Source of the DNA: Halorhodospira halophila SL1
Lineage (GTDB): Bacteria > Pseudomonadota > Gammaproteobacteria > Nitrococcales > Halorhodospiraceae
Direction of reading: 5' to 3'
Length of the DNA stretch: 32,000 nucleotides
Assembly: GCF_000015585.1 (NCBI RefSeq)
Contig: NC_008789.1
Coordinates: forward strand, 180,001 to 212,000
Under the pieces are notes generated by a model that worked only from the letters and a program-made list of their open reading frames with translations, had not been told where the DNA came from and did not search any database. Positions 1-8,286 of the stretch are shown here, piece by piece. A program made the position numbers and the translations under genes. How positions within the stretch are numbered: the first letter of the stretch is position 1; each line of letters begins with the position of its first letter.

Positions 1-465
1 GCTCTCACCGGCCTGCAGCACCCCGCACCGCCAGGCCGGCGCCTCATGCACCCGCCAACGCGGATCGGCCCACTCGTAGCCAACGGCGGACAACCAGCAC
101 CGGGTGAGATCCTCCAAATGGACCCGGGGGAAGAACCGATGATCGGCCCGGTTTGCCAGCTGCACCAAGCCAGGCTCGATAACCGCCTCGAACCGGTCCG
201 CGCTGCTCCGCGTACCCGGACCGGTCTGCCAGGCGGTCACACGCCCGGCCAGCGAGCGCGCGCCCCCGAGACCATCCCCCCAGCGCAACCGTGCCGGCTG
301 ACCGAGGAGTTCCAGGCCGCCCTCGAGGCCTCCATCCCCCCGCCCGGTCACCCGGAACCGGAAGGGCCGCGAGAGCGCCTCCTCCCCCTCGAGCCGTCGC
401 AGGAGCAAGCGCATCCCCGCGACCTCCAGCTCGGCCCAAGGCCGCGGCTGCGGCGGCCCGCCCAT
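1..465 (-). CDS. vgrG: VgrG-family T6SS spike protein, second copy. Only the N-terminal 155 codons are in the window; the gene continues past position 1.
   Basis: Absent from the supplied ORF track because it has no stop in the window. My translation of the minus strand from ATG 465..463 reads MGGPPQPRPWAELEVAGMRLLLRRLEGEEALSRPFRFRVTGRGDGGLEGGLELLGQPARLRWGDGLGGARSLAGRVTAWQ...DRFEAVIEPGLVQLANRADHRFFPRVHLEDL...RCGVLQAGES. This carries typical VgrG/gpD N-terminal signatures (E-x-LS-x-PF-x-F, LLGQPA, R-x-x-x-G-x-V, D-x-R-x-F). The start overlaps the vgrG1 stop (TGATG). Confidence 0.7.
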   Translation of the reverse strand, partial: MGGPPQPRPWAELEVAGMRLLLRRLEGEEALSRPFRFRVTGRGDGGLEGGLELLGQPARLRWGDGLGGARSLAGRVTAWQTGPGTRSSADRFEAVIEPGLVQLANRADHRFFPRVHLEDLTRCWLSAVGYEWADPRWRVHEAPAWRCGVLQAGES

Positions 466-2525
466 CACCGCCCCTCCTCGATGCGGTCGGCAGCGATCAC
501 CAATTGCTCGGCGCTGAGCTCAATGTGCCGCCCCTCGACATAGACCGCACCACTGTCCTCGATGCGCAGCCCGAAGCCGTCGCCGAGCTGCAGACAGCCG
601 CCCCCGGTGCTGACCAGGGCGACGTCGCCGGCCGCCTCCAGGCGCAGCGCGCCCGATTCAACCTGCCAGTCGCCCGCACCCTGTCGGGCGATCAACCGCA
701 ATCCTGATCCCGCATCCAGCGACACCTGACGCCCCGCCTTCAGGGCCACTTCCCCGTCTGGCGCCTCGTGCAGCAGATCCCCCGCGCCGGTCTCCAGATG
801 CAGGGTGTCGCCGGCAAACCAGTGCAACGCGCCGTCCTCCGTCTCCAGGTGGTAGCTCCCTTCGACCTCCACCCGATAGGCCCCGGCCACATCGAGCCGC
901 TGATCGCCACCGCTGCGCACGCGCTGTTCTCCGCCGCTGGCCAGCTCGAGATAACCGTTGGGGGCCTCCAGCGTTGCCCCGGGGGCCTCCTCGTGCCCCT
1001 CCAGACTCAGTCGCGCGGCCTCGCCCACGGCCAGCTCCGCCCCCTCGGCCCCGGGCCGGTCGTCCAGCAGCAGGCGCTGCCCGGCCGCGGTCCGCAGCAG
1101 GTGCTGGTGGGGATTGCGGTCCGTCACGGGACCGGGCTGATCCTGACTGCTCAGGGCCCCCAGGATCACTGGCTGTTCCAGGTCGCCGTGCAACCCCGCC
1201 ACCGCCACGCGCGTCCCGGGCAGCAGGGGCAAGTGCAGGCCGTGCTGCGCACCGGCGCTCGGCTGGACGGCCCAGACCGGCGGCCCCGGTGGGGCTGCCT
1301 CGACCCCATCGGCCGCCTCGGCCTCGTCGAACAGGCGAATCCGGTACGCCCCGGCCTCGTCGACCTCGGCGCGCTCCGGATCCCCGCCAGCGACCCATGC
1401 CACGGCGACCCCCGGGATCGCGGGTGCAGGCACCGGGGCCGGCCGGTAACCGGGGTCGAGCGGCAGGAGCTCCACCCGCCCCCGGTAGTCCACCCGATCC
1501 GCACCACCACCGCCGTGAATCGCCGCGGCCTGGTCCCCCTCGTGCTCGGCGCGGTAGACCCAGTAAGCGCCATTGAGCGAAGCCTCCGGATGCCCGGAGA
1601 TGACCACCCGCATCCCGGGCAGCAACGGCGTCGCCACGACCGCCTCGATACGGCAGCGCTGGGCCGCGGAGGCCTCGTGCACGGCCTCGGCCCACTCTGC
1701 ATGGGCCGACTCACCACCCGCCGTGACCCCGTGGAGCCCCAACTCCATCGGACTGTCCTCCGCGGCGTCGGTGCCTGCCGTGGCGGGACGCCCGCGGTCG
1801 GGCAACGCCGGATCGAAACCGCCGACCCGCACCTGCCCCGGCTGCAGCGTCCAGCGGCGGGAGACCTCGGAGACGGTCGCCCGGGTGGTCGGGGTCGGCC
1901 CACCGCCCGGGCGCCAGGTCAGCGCCGCCGCGTCGAGTTCGGCCTGCGCCAGATGATCGACGATGCGGACCTCTGGCCGCCCACCGGCATCCCGCACCAC
2001 CGGGAAACACCCCTCCCGGGCCAACACCCGGCGCAGGAAGGCCAGGTCATCCGCAGCGCCCTGGACGACCAGTGGCCGCTCCGGCAGGGACCGCTCCACC
2101 CCCACGGTGACCGACACCCCGTCGGGCAGCGCGCCCTGGAGGACTTCGCGGGCCATGTGCAAGGCCGAACAACGCCGATAGACCCGCCGCCGGTATGATC
2201 CGGCCAGGGGATGGAGCAGCGAGCACACGGTCAGGGTCGCCGCCCGCGAGGACATCTCCCCCCCGCAGAGGGCCACCTCGCTGATCACCCCGTGCAGTGT
2301 TCGCGGCGCCACCCCCCAACCCAGGGTCAACGCGACCAGCTGCCCGGGCCACTCCCGGACCCGATCCCCGACCGGGCCACACACCCGGACCTGCAGACGG
2401 TCACCGTCATCCAGTGCCTGATGACCGACAATCTGCTCGACCCGCAGCACGTCCGGGTCCAATCCCGGTAGACGCACCCGAAACAGCGCGTGCGCGCCAC
2501 CGCCTTCCTTGGCACTCCCCTTCAT
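465..2525 (-). CDS. vgrG: VgrG-family T6SS spike protein (686 aa)
   Basis: ORF 465..2618. The gp27/gp5-like body includes LHLPLLPGTRVAVAGLHGDLEQPVILGALSS and a C-terminal beta-helix-like repeat region (VEVEGSYHLETEDGALHWFAGDTLHLETG...). It sits directly after tssG. I chose the start at ATG 2525 (MKGSAKEGG...) because GGAGAG lies 5 nt upstream and it forms an ATGA overlap with the tssG stop. No obvious C-terminal effector extension. Confidence 0.9.
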   Translation of the reverse strand: MKGSAKEGGGAHALFRVRLPGLDPDVLRVEQIVGHQALDDGDRLQVRVCGPVGDRVREWPGQLVALTLGWGVAPRTLHGVISEVALCGGEMSSRAATLTVCSLLHPLAGSYRRRVYRRCSALHMAREVLQGALPDGVSVTVGVERSLPERPLVVQGAADDLAFLRRVLAREGCFPVVRDAGGRPEVRIVDHLAQAELDAAALTWRPGGGPTPTTRATVSEVSRRWTLQPGQVRVGGFDPALPDRGRPATAGTDAAEDSPMELGLHGVTAGGESAHAEWAEAVHEASAAQRCRIEAVVATPLLPGMRVVISGHPEASLNGAYWVYRAEHEGDQAAAIHGGGGADRVDYRGRVELLPLDPGYRPAPVPAPAIPGVAVAWVAGGDPERAEVDEAGAYRIRLFDEAEAADGVEAAPPGPPVWAVQPSAGAQHGLHLPLLPGTRVAVAGLHGDLEQPVILGALSSQDQPGPVTDRNPHQHLLRTAAGQRLLLDDRPGAEGAELAVGEAARLSLEGHEEAPGATLEAPNGYLELASGGEQRVRSGGDQRLDVAGAYRVEVEGSYHLETEDGALHWFAGDTLHLETGAGDLLHEAPDGEVALKAGRQVSLDAGSGLRLIARQGAGDWQVESGALRLEAAGDVALVSTGGGCLQLGDGFGLRIEDSGAVYVEGRHIELSAEQLVIAADRIEEGR

Positions 2526-3484
2526 TGCGTCTCTCCTGTCGCTGTCGTCCCGGTGGGCGCCGTGGACCGCCCCGGCAGGGGCAACGACACGGCTCGGGCC
2601 GACCGCCGGCCGAGCCACGTGGCCCCACCCAGCCGGGCGCCTGCCCCCAGACGCCAGGCAGGCAGCCGCCCCGGGGCGGCCATGATCTGCACCTCAACAC
2701 GCGGCACGGGCCCGAGGTAACGGCTCAGCCATAGCCCGAGGCGCCTGAACCGTTCCTCTTCGATGAGCCCGGTGGCGGTGGCGGGCGCCAACGGGCCAAT
2801 ACGAATCCCCAGCAGGCCGCCGGCGACACGGACCATGCCGCCCAGTCCCCAACCTTCCCCGAGACGGGGTCCGTGACCCTGGCCCAGCGGAAACGGCCCC
2901 AACGGGTGGACCACCGGCTGGCGATCCACCACCTCCACCTGCCGCTGCCCCGTGACCCGCTGAACCAGCCGGCAAAGGCCGCTTCGATTCGGGCGCCGGG
3001 CAAGGAACAGATCGAGCCCGCTCAGACCGCCCCCCGACCCGACCCCGAAAGCCGCCAGGGCCTGCGCCCAGGGAGCCGATGACGCCGGCCCGTGCATCGC
3101 CCGCCATCCCGCTAGCAGCGCCGCATAGACCGAAGCATTGAGCATGCGCAACAAGCCCTGCACCCGCTCCCCGGTGGGGTCCTCCCGCGCTGCCGCCTCC
3201 AGCCAGTAGCTCGGCAACGGGGCCTCCGGCCCCAGCAGGGCCAGGACGTTGGCCTCGATCGCCACCCGACGCTCGCTGATCTGCCGACAGCGGCGGATCT
3301 CGGCGGCCGGGAAGGTCCAGTCCGCAGCCGGCTCGATGTGGTACCCCGGCCCCGGCTCGTCCGCAGCCAGCGCCGTCAGGCCGGCGTGCTCGAGCGCCCA
3401 GACGGCCTCGCACAGCCGCAGACGGGGGCCCCGGGCTACGACGTGGGCAACGGCCGTATCGGGGGCAGTTACCGTCGTGGCCAT
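2522..3484 (-). CDS. tssG: T6SS baseplate subunit TssG (ImpH/VasB family), 320 aa
   Basis: ORF 2522..3574. Size and position between tssF and vgrG fit TssG, as does the N-terminal RLRLCEAVWALEHAG segment, which resembles the conserved TssG N-terminus. Start taken at ATG 3484 (MATTVTAPD...) with GGAGG upstream. It overlaps the tssF stop by 16 nt. Confidence 0.8.
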   Translation of the reverse strand: MATTVTAPDTAVAHVVARGPRLRLCEAVWALEHAGLTALAADEPGPGYHIEPAADWTFPAAEIRRCRQISERRVAIEANVLALLGPEAPLPSYWLEAAAREDPTGERVQGLLRMLNASVYAALLAGWRAMHGPASSAPWAQALAAFGVGSGGGLSGLDLFLARRPNRSGLCRLVQRVTGQRQVEVVDRQPVVHPLGPFPLGQGHGPRLGEGWGLGGMVRVAGGLLGIRIGPLAPATATGLIEEERFRRLGLWLSRYLGPVPRVEVQIMAAPGRLPAWRLGAGARLGGATWLGRRSARAVSLPLPGRSTAPTGTTATGETQ

Positions 3485-5166
3485 TGGGCCACCTCCCCGT
3501 GCGGCTCCAGATGTAAGACCAGCTCCAGATAACGATCCAGCGGCGTCCAGGCGGCCAGCACCCGATAGACACATTCAGCGAGGAGGTAGGCCTCGCCCGG
3601 ATCCCGCCAAGGTCGGGCGTCGAGCTCCAGGGTGGCGTGCAGCCCCGTCTCCACCACCCCCTCCCGGACCCGTACCGCCGAGGTGCACACCAGTGACCTC
3701 AGCGCGGCGTGACAGGCCTCCGCCGCCGCGCTGCCCGGCGCGTCGGCGAGGCCGGCAATCAGCTCCTGCACCCCCTCCCGGGTCGCCCACCGCTCCAGAT
3801 CCCCCCGGACCAGGCGGGACAGGGCCTGGCCCCGCCCCCTCTCCAGGGGGGCCGGCTGGAAGCGCGTCGGCCGCCGCAGGTTGGTCACCGTCACCCCGTC
3901 CGGCACCTCGGCCCCGGGCTGCGTCACGTTTCCCCGGCCCAAGCACCGGCGCGGCAGTTCGCCGTGGGAGTAACGCAGGCGCGCGCCGAGCGTGCCCGGG
4001 CCCGCTGGTGTGTCCAGGCACACGGCAACGCCGTGGCCCGCGTCCGGATCGCGCCGCTGCACGCGGTATATACCAGCCTCCCCGGCTTCCAGCTGCGGTT
4101 GCCAGGGCGGGTGATAAGCCCGTACCCGACCGCTGTCCGCAGCACGCACGCGGACCCCGAGGACCTGATGGACCACACGGCGCCCCGGACCGTCTCCATC
4201 GCTGCGCACCGGGAAGGGACCCGGCCCGGCCTCGATCCATTGCGGTTCGGCATCGGTGGACCCGAGGTTCACCGCCGGCAGGCAGTTGCTGAGCAACAGT
4301 CGCCGATCCGCCGCGGCCGCGCCCGGCGCCGGCCAGTCCAGCTCGCAACAGACCTCCAGGCGGTCGGCCCCGGCAGGCAGCGAAACCCGCTCCAGTCCGC
4401 CGAGCTGAACCCAGGCAAGCAGCGGCCGGGCCAGAAAGAAACACCGCAGGTGGCTCAGCGCTGGCGCAATCGGCTCTCCGGGGCCGTCCTGCACCGTTTC
4501 CGCCAGCCACGGGGCCAGCAGCTCCCCCCCACCGATCACCCGCCCGGGATCCGCCTCGTCGCAGCGCACCCGCACCCGCCGGACCCCGTGCAGGAGCGCG
4601 GCACGCAGGCGCTCCCAGAGACCCGCCTCGGCATCGATCAGCAGCGGCAACACCCCGGGCAGGCTCGGTGCCGCGGCATCCGCCGGCGGGAACCGCAGCA
4701 CCATGCGCACCTCACTGCCGCCCTCCGGGCCCGGCAGCCACTCGGCCCGGTCCACCTCGATCGGCTCGACCGTGCCAGCAGCCAGGGTGGCAAACGGGAT
4801 CGCCACCCCATCTGCGCACTCCGGCGGCGACCAGACCGTGGCGCCACGGGGTAACGCCACCGGCTCAGGTCGGGACGGGGCGAGCGAGAAGGCCAGCACT
4901 GTGGCACTTGGCCAGGGCTCGGCCAGCTCCGGGGCGGCCAGATGGAGCAACTGCTGATGGAGGTCTTCGATCCCGGCGGCGAGCTCGGCGTGAACCCCGG
5001 CGGTCAGGAAGGCCAGCCCCTCGAGGAGCCGTTCCACGTACGGGTCCCGATCGTGGGGATCGTCCAGGCCCAACATCCGGGCCTCGCCCGGATAGGCGCG
5101 GGCGAAGGCCGACCCGGCCTCGGTCAACCGCCGCATCTCCTGCTCAAACGCCCGACGCAGATCCAT
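3469..5166 (-). CDS. tssF: T6SS baseplate subunit TssF (ImpG/VasA family), 565 aa
   Basis: ORF 3469..5172. The N-terminus MDLRRAFEQEMRRLTEAGSAFARAYPGEARMLGLDDPHDRDPYVERLLEGLAFLTAGV matches the conserved TssF N-terminal pattern (..YxxELxxLxxxGxxFAxxYP...DPxVERLLEGxAFL). The track start at 5172 is a GTG. ATG 5166 has GGAGGTG 5 nt upstream. Confidence 0.9.
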   Translation of the reverse strand: MDLRRAFEQEMRRLTEAGSAFARAYPGEARMLGLDDPHDRDPYVERLLEGLAFLTAGVHAELAAGIEDLHQQLLHLAAPELAEPWPSATVLAFSLAPSRPEPVALPRGATVWSPPECADGVAIPFATLAAGTVEPIEVDRAEWLPGPEGGSEVRMVLRFPPADAAAPSLPGVLPLLIDAEAGLWERLRAALLHGVRRVRVRCDEADPGRVIGGGELLAPWLAETVQDGPGEPIAPALSHLRCFFLARPLLAWVQLGGLERVSLPAGADRLEVCCELDWPAPGAAAADRRLLLSNCLPAVNLGSTDAEPQWIEAGPGPFPVRSDGDGPGRRVVHQVLGVRVRAADSGRVRAYHPPWQPQLEAGEAGIYRVQRRDPDAGHGVAVCLDTPAGPGTLGARLRYSHGELPRRCLGRGNVTQPGAEVPDGVTVTNLRRPTRFQPAPLERGRGQALSRLVRGDLERWATREGVQELIAGLADAPGSAAAEACHAALRSLVCTSAVRVREGVVETGLHATLELDARPWRDPGEAYLLAECVYRVLAAWTPLDRYLELVLHLEPHGEVAQWPRR

Positions 5167-5581
5167 CCCCACCTCCGCTGAGCAGGTGTACGCCGGCGTT
5201 TCCGTCCACCGCCAGCTCCAGCGTCAGGTGTTTGCCCCGGTGCAGCTGCGCGCGCAACGCCAGCCAGAGCACGTAGCCCGTCTCCACCGAAGCGGGCTGC
5301 GCGTGCACGGCCAGGCTGACGACCCGGGGCTCGTAACGGGGGATCAACTCCTGAGCGGCCGTCGCCAAGCACGCAGCGGCGCCGTCCAGATCGTGGTAGT
5401 AGGACGAGAGGTCCGGCAGTCCGTAGCCGGCCAGGTGGGCCGGGCGTCCGCGGCGCGCTGCCAGCAACCGGAGGATGTGCCGAACCACGCTCGCCCGACT
5501 CTCGCTCCCAGGCATCGTCCCGGTGTGCGGCGGCGGGCGACCAGTGCCCCCTTCCAGGCGATCGAAAAGCCCTACCGTCAC
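5144..5581 (-). CDS. tssE: T6SS baseplate subunit TssE (gp25-like lysozyme family), 145 aa
   Basis: ORF 5144..5707. SRASVVRHILRLLAARRGRPAHLAGYGLPDLSSYY resembles the GPW/gp25 motif. The long track ORF overlaps hcp, so I chose GTG 5581 (VTVGLFDRLEGG...), which has GGAGG 6 nt upstream. Confidence 0.85.
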   Translation of the reverse strand: MTVGLFDRLEGGTGRPPPHTGTMPGSESRASVVRHILRLLAARRGRPAHLAGYGLPDLSSYYHDLDGAAACLATAAQELIPRYEPRVVSLAVHAQPASVETGYVLWLALRAQLHRGKHLTLELAVDGNAGVHLLSGGGDGSASGV

Positions 5582-5595
5582 GTTGCACCTCCACG

Positions 5596-5626
5596 GGCGG
5601 GCCAGGGCAGCGACCCCCGGCCCGCC
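5596..5626 (-). promoter_or_regulatory. GC-rich stem-loop in the hcp-tssE spacer (possible attenuator or mRNA-stabilising hairpin)
   Basis: GGCGGGCC (5596-5603) pairs with GGCCCGCC (5619-5626). GGG (5605-5607) pairs with CCC (5615-5617) after one mismatch, leaving a 7-nt loop. On the coding (minus) strand no U-tract follows, so it is not a canonical intrinsic terminator. Confidence 0.5.
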
Positions 5627-5636
5627 TTTCGGCCGG

Positions 5637-6122
5637 TCACCGGCCCTCGGTCCAGGAGTCGGAGAACTCGATGTTCCCGTCCACGTAAGCCCAAGTGATC
5701 CGGCCATAGCGGATGGCCACCTGCTCCATGTGCGGGAAGCGCTCCTTATCGGCCTCCTTGACGTTGTGCATCACCGGGCGCACCGAGGTGATCTTCACGT
5801 CGTTGAGGGTGTGCCGAAAGTACTCCTGCTCGTTGCCCGACTCGTCGATCTGGTACCAGCTCAGCACCAGCTCCTCGAGCGTCTGCCCCTTGCTGCACGC
5901 CTTGTAGAGGTAGGGTGAGGCCGAATCGAAGGCCTTGGTGAAGACGAACGGTTCGTGCTTGCGCGTACCGGTCAGGGCACCGGTGTCGCTGTCCGTGGGG
6001 ATGCGTAGCTCGTGCTCGAAGCCGAGCACCTCGATGCTGCCCTCGCGGTCGGTGATGGTCACCGACCCCTCGATCTCGTTGCCCTGATCGTCCTTGAGCC
6101 ACATGTAGGCAGGAATCGCCAT
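5637..6122 (-). CDS. hcp: T6SS tube protein Hcp (TssD), 161 aa
   Basis: MAIPAYMWLKDDQGNEIEGSVTITDREGSIEVLGFEHELRIPTDSDTGALTGTRKHEPFVFTKAFDSASPYLYKACSKGQTL... is a textbook Hcp sequence. ATG start with a GGAAGAGGAGG ribosome-binding site. Confidence 0.96.
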   Translation of the reverse strand: MAIPAYMWLKDDQGNEIEGSVTITDREGSIEVLGFEHELRIPTDSDTGALTGTRKHEPFVFTKAFDSASPYLYKACSKGQTLEELVLSWYQIDESGNEQEYFRHTLNDVKITSVRPVMHNVKEADKERFPHMEQVAIRYGRITWAYVDGNIEFSDSWTEGR

Positions 6123-6156
6123 GGCTTCGCCTCCTCTTCCTTGAGTGTGGGCGGTT

Positions 6157-7671
6157 TCAGGTCGGCAACTGCGACACCAGCGAGAGCTTCAGGTCGATAC
6201 CCTCGATCTGGAAGTGCGGCATCACCGACATGTTGACCCGGTAGAAGCCCGGGTTTTCGGGGACCTCCTCGACCTCCACCACCCCCTCGCGTAGCGGGCG
6301 GGTAGCGACCAGATCGGGATCCGGATTCTGCATCTTGGTCACCAGCCCCTGCAGCCAATCGTTGAGCTCGTTTTCCAGGTCCTGCCGGCTCTTGGCCGAG
6401 CCGATATTCTCCCGCTGCAGCACCTTGAGATAGTGAGCCAGACGGGAGACCAGGAAGATGTACGGCAACCGGGCGTTGATCCGGGCATTCGCCGTCGCCG
6501 CGGGACTGTTGTAGCGGGCCGGACGCTGCGCCGAGTTGGCCGAGAAGAAGCAGGCGTAATCGCTGTTCTTGTAGAAGCTCAGCGGGATGAATCCGGCCTC
6601 GGCCAGCTCGATTTCGCGGTTCTCGGAGATGAGCACCTCGGTGGGGGTCTTGGTCTGCGCCCCACGGCCGAGGTCGAAGACGTGGATCGGCAGCTGCTCG
6701 AGCTTGCCGCCGGACTCCGGCCCGCGAATATTGACCGTCCACCCGTAGGCCTTGAAGGAACGGGCCATGTTGGCGGCAAAGGCGAAGGCTGCATTCCCCC
6801 AAAGGTAGCGATCGTGATCGACCCCGGTGACGTTCTCGCGGTAGTCGAACGCACGGGTGGGGTTGTCGGCCCCGTAGGGCAGGCGCAGCAGGAACCGCGG
6901 CAGGGTGAGGCCGACGTACCGAGCGTCTTCGGTGTCGCGGAACCCGCGCCAGCGGGCGTACTCGGCCTTATCTAGATAGCTGGCGATATCCGGGATCCGG
7001 ACCACCTCATCCAGGGAGGCCTTGCCGAAGAAGTCCCGGCCGACGGCACCGAGGAAGGGACAGTGGGCCGCCGCCGCAATCCGGGATACCTCGGTCAGCA
7101 GGTTGATGTCCGCCGCCGAGCAGTCGAACTCATAGTTGGAGACCATGGCGGCTAAGGGCTCCCCGCCCGGGGTGTCGTACTCCTGCACATAGACGTGCTG
7201 GTACAGGCCGGACTGGGTGATGTCAGTGACATCCTCGAGCTCGCCGGCCAGCTCTTCCTTGGAGACATCGAGCAGCTCCAGCTTGATGTTCGCCTTGGGA
7301 TCGCTGCGTTCGACGAGGAAACGCAGGCTGCGCCAGGCCGACTCCACCCGCTGGAACTCCGGATGGTGCAGGACGGCGTCGAGCTGCTCGCTCACCGCCG
7401 CGTCGATGCGGGCGATATACTCGTCGAGCAACGCCTTGTCGATGCGCTCGACCAGCTCGCCGTCCTGACTGGCGAGATCCAGGAACACCTGCAGGGCAGC
7501 GGTCAATCGACTCTCCGAGGGGATGTCCGCCATGACCGCCGAGTCCTGGAAGGTGGCGATCTCCAGGGCGCCGGAGACCGGCTCGACCTCGGCCAGCTGG
7601 CACAGGTGCGCATAGCTTGCCGCCGGGGCCGTGGCTTCTGCGGCCCTATCTGCGCTCGTCTGCTCACTCAT
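6157..7671 (-). CDS. tssC: T6SS contractile sheath large subunit TssC (VipB/ImpC), 504 aa
   Basis: Size, position after tssB, and conserved sheath segments (e.g. FLGAVGRDFFG, LPRFLLRLPYG, PLSFYKNSDYACFFSANSAQRP). The ATG lies 3 nt after the tssB stop, with AGGAG inside the tssB 3' end. Confidence 0.95.
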   Translation of the reverse strand: MSEQTSADRAAEATAPAASYAHLCQLAEVEPVSGALEIATFQDSAVMADIPSESRLTAALQVFLDLASQDGELVERIDKALLDEYIARIDAAVSEQLDAVLHHPEFQRVESAWRSLRFLVERSDPKANIKLELLDVSKEELAGELEDVTDITQSGLYQHVYVQEYDTPGGEPLAAMVSNYEFDCSAADINLLTEVSRIAAAAHCPFLGAVGRDFFGKASLDEVVRIPDIASYLDKAEYARWRGFRDTEDARYVGLTLPRFLLRLPYGADNPTRAFDYRENVTGVDHDRYLWGNAAFAFAANMARSFKAYGWTVNIRGPESGGKLEQLPIHVFDLGRGAQTKTPTEVLISENREIELAEAGFIPLSFYKNSDYACFFSANSAQRPARYNSPAATANARINARLPYIFLVSRLAHYLKVLQRENIGSAKSRQDLENELNDWLQGLVTKMQNPDPDLVATRPLREGVVEVEEVPENPGFYRVNMSVMPHFQIEGIDLKLSLVSQLPT

Positions 7672-7674
7672 GGC

Positions 7675-8235
7675 TCACTCCTGACCATCCCGGTCGGCTT
7701 CCGTTGATTCGCCCGAGGAGCCGGCCTCTCGGTCCTCCTCCCCGGTATGCAGCGGGGCGATCTGCCTGAGCTCGCCCATCACCCCCTCCAGCTCCTTCTG
7801 GTTCTGCACGATGCGCTCCAGCTCGCGCCGAAATCTGGCGTTATCGAGGACGTTCGACTTCAGATCCTTGAGCAGATTGCGCATCGCCAGCAGGTTATTG
7901 ACCTGCGGGATCTGCCGGGCCACGGCCTCGGGGCTGAAGGCGTGGAAACCGTCGATCTTGAGGGCCACCCGGATCTGCGACCCGTCCCCCCGGAAGGTAT
8001 CCGGCACCGTCACCTGCAGGGAGGGACTGAGGTCGCCGAGGACGGCGTCGAGATGGTCCCGGTCGATGGGCACGCGCTCACGTTCGGCGAGACGGCCACT
8101 GGCCTGGCCGTTGCTGAAGTCGCCCAGGACCAGCATCTTCAGCGGCAGTTCCAGGGTCTTGCGGGCGTCCCCTGTATCCACATCGAGGGTGATGTTCACC
8201 CGTGATTTCGGCACTTCCTGTTGGAAACTCTCCAT
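7675..8235 (-). CDS. tssB: T6SS contractile sheath small subunit TssB (VipA/ImpB), 186 aa
   Basis: MESFQQEVPKSRVNITLDVDTGDARKTLELPLKMLVLGDFS is the conserved TssB N-terminus. Start at ATG 8235 with AAGGAG upstream, rather than the track start at 8277. Confidence 0.95.
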   Translation of the reverse strand: MESFQQEVPKSRVNITLDVDTGDARKTLELPLKMLVLGDFSNGQASGRLAERERVPIDRDHLDAVLGDLSPSLQVTVPDTFRGDGSQIRVALKIDGFHAFSPEAVARQIPQVNNLLAMRNLLKDLKSNVLDNARFRRELERIVQNQKELEGVMGELRQIAPLHTGEEDREAGSSGESTEADRDGQE

Positions 8236-8286
8236 GGCCTGCTCCTTGGCATCGATGGACTCCACCGGTCCCGCCACCGGGCCCGG

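Noticed and set aside
44-543. ORFs 44-439 (-) and 46-543 (+) at the left edge
   Set aside because: Both translate to Arg/Gly/Pro-rich sequence. The third minus-strand frame, open to the window edge and not listed in the track, gives a VgrG-like N-terminus with conserved motifs and a start coupled to the vgrG1 stop. That frame was preferred.
768-2198. 476-aa plus-strand ORF, with the nested ORFs 658-1695 (-), 974-1576 (+) and 1166-1903 (-), across the vgrG1 region
   Set aside because: It is antisense or out of frame to a clearly recognisable VgrG. The products are Arg/Pro/Gly-rich and low in complexity, as expected for shadow frames in high-GC coding DNA. No ribosome-binding site or family resemblance.
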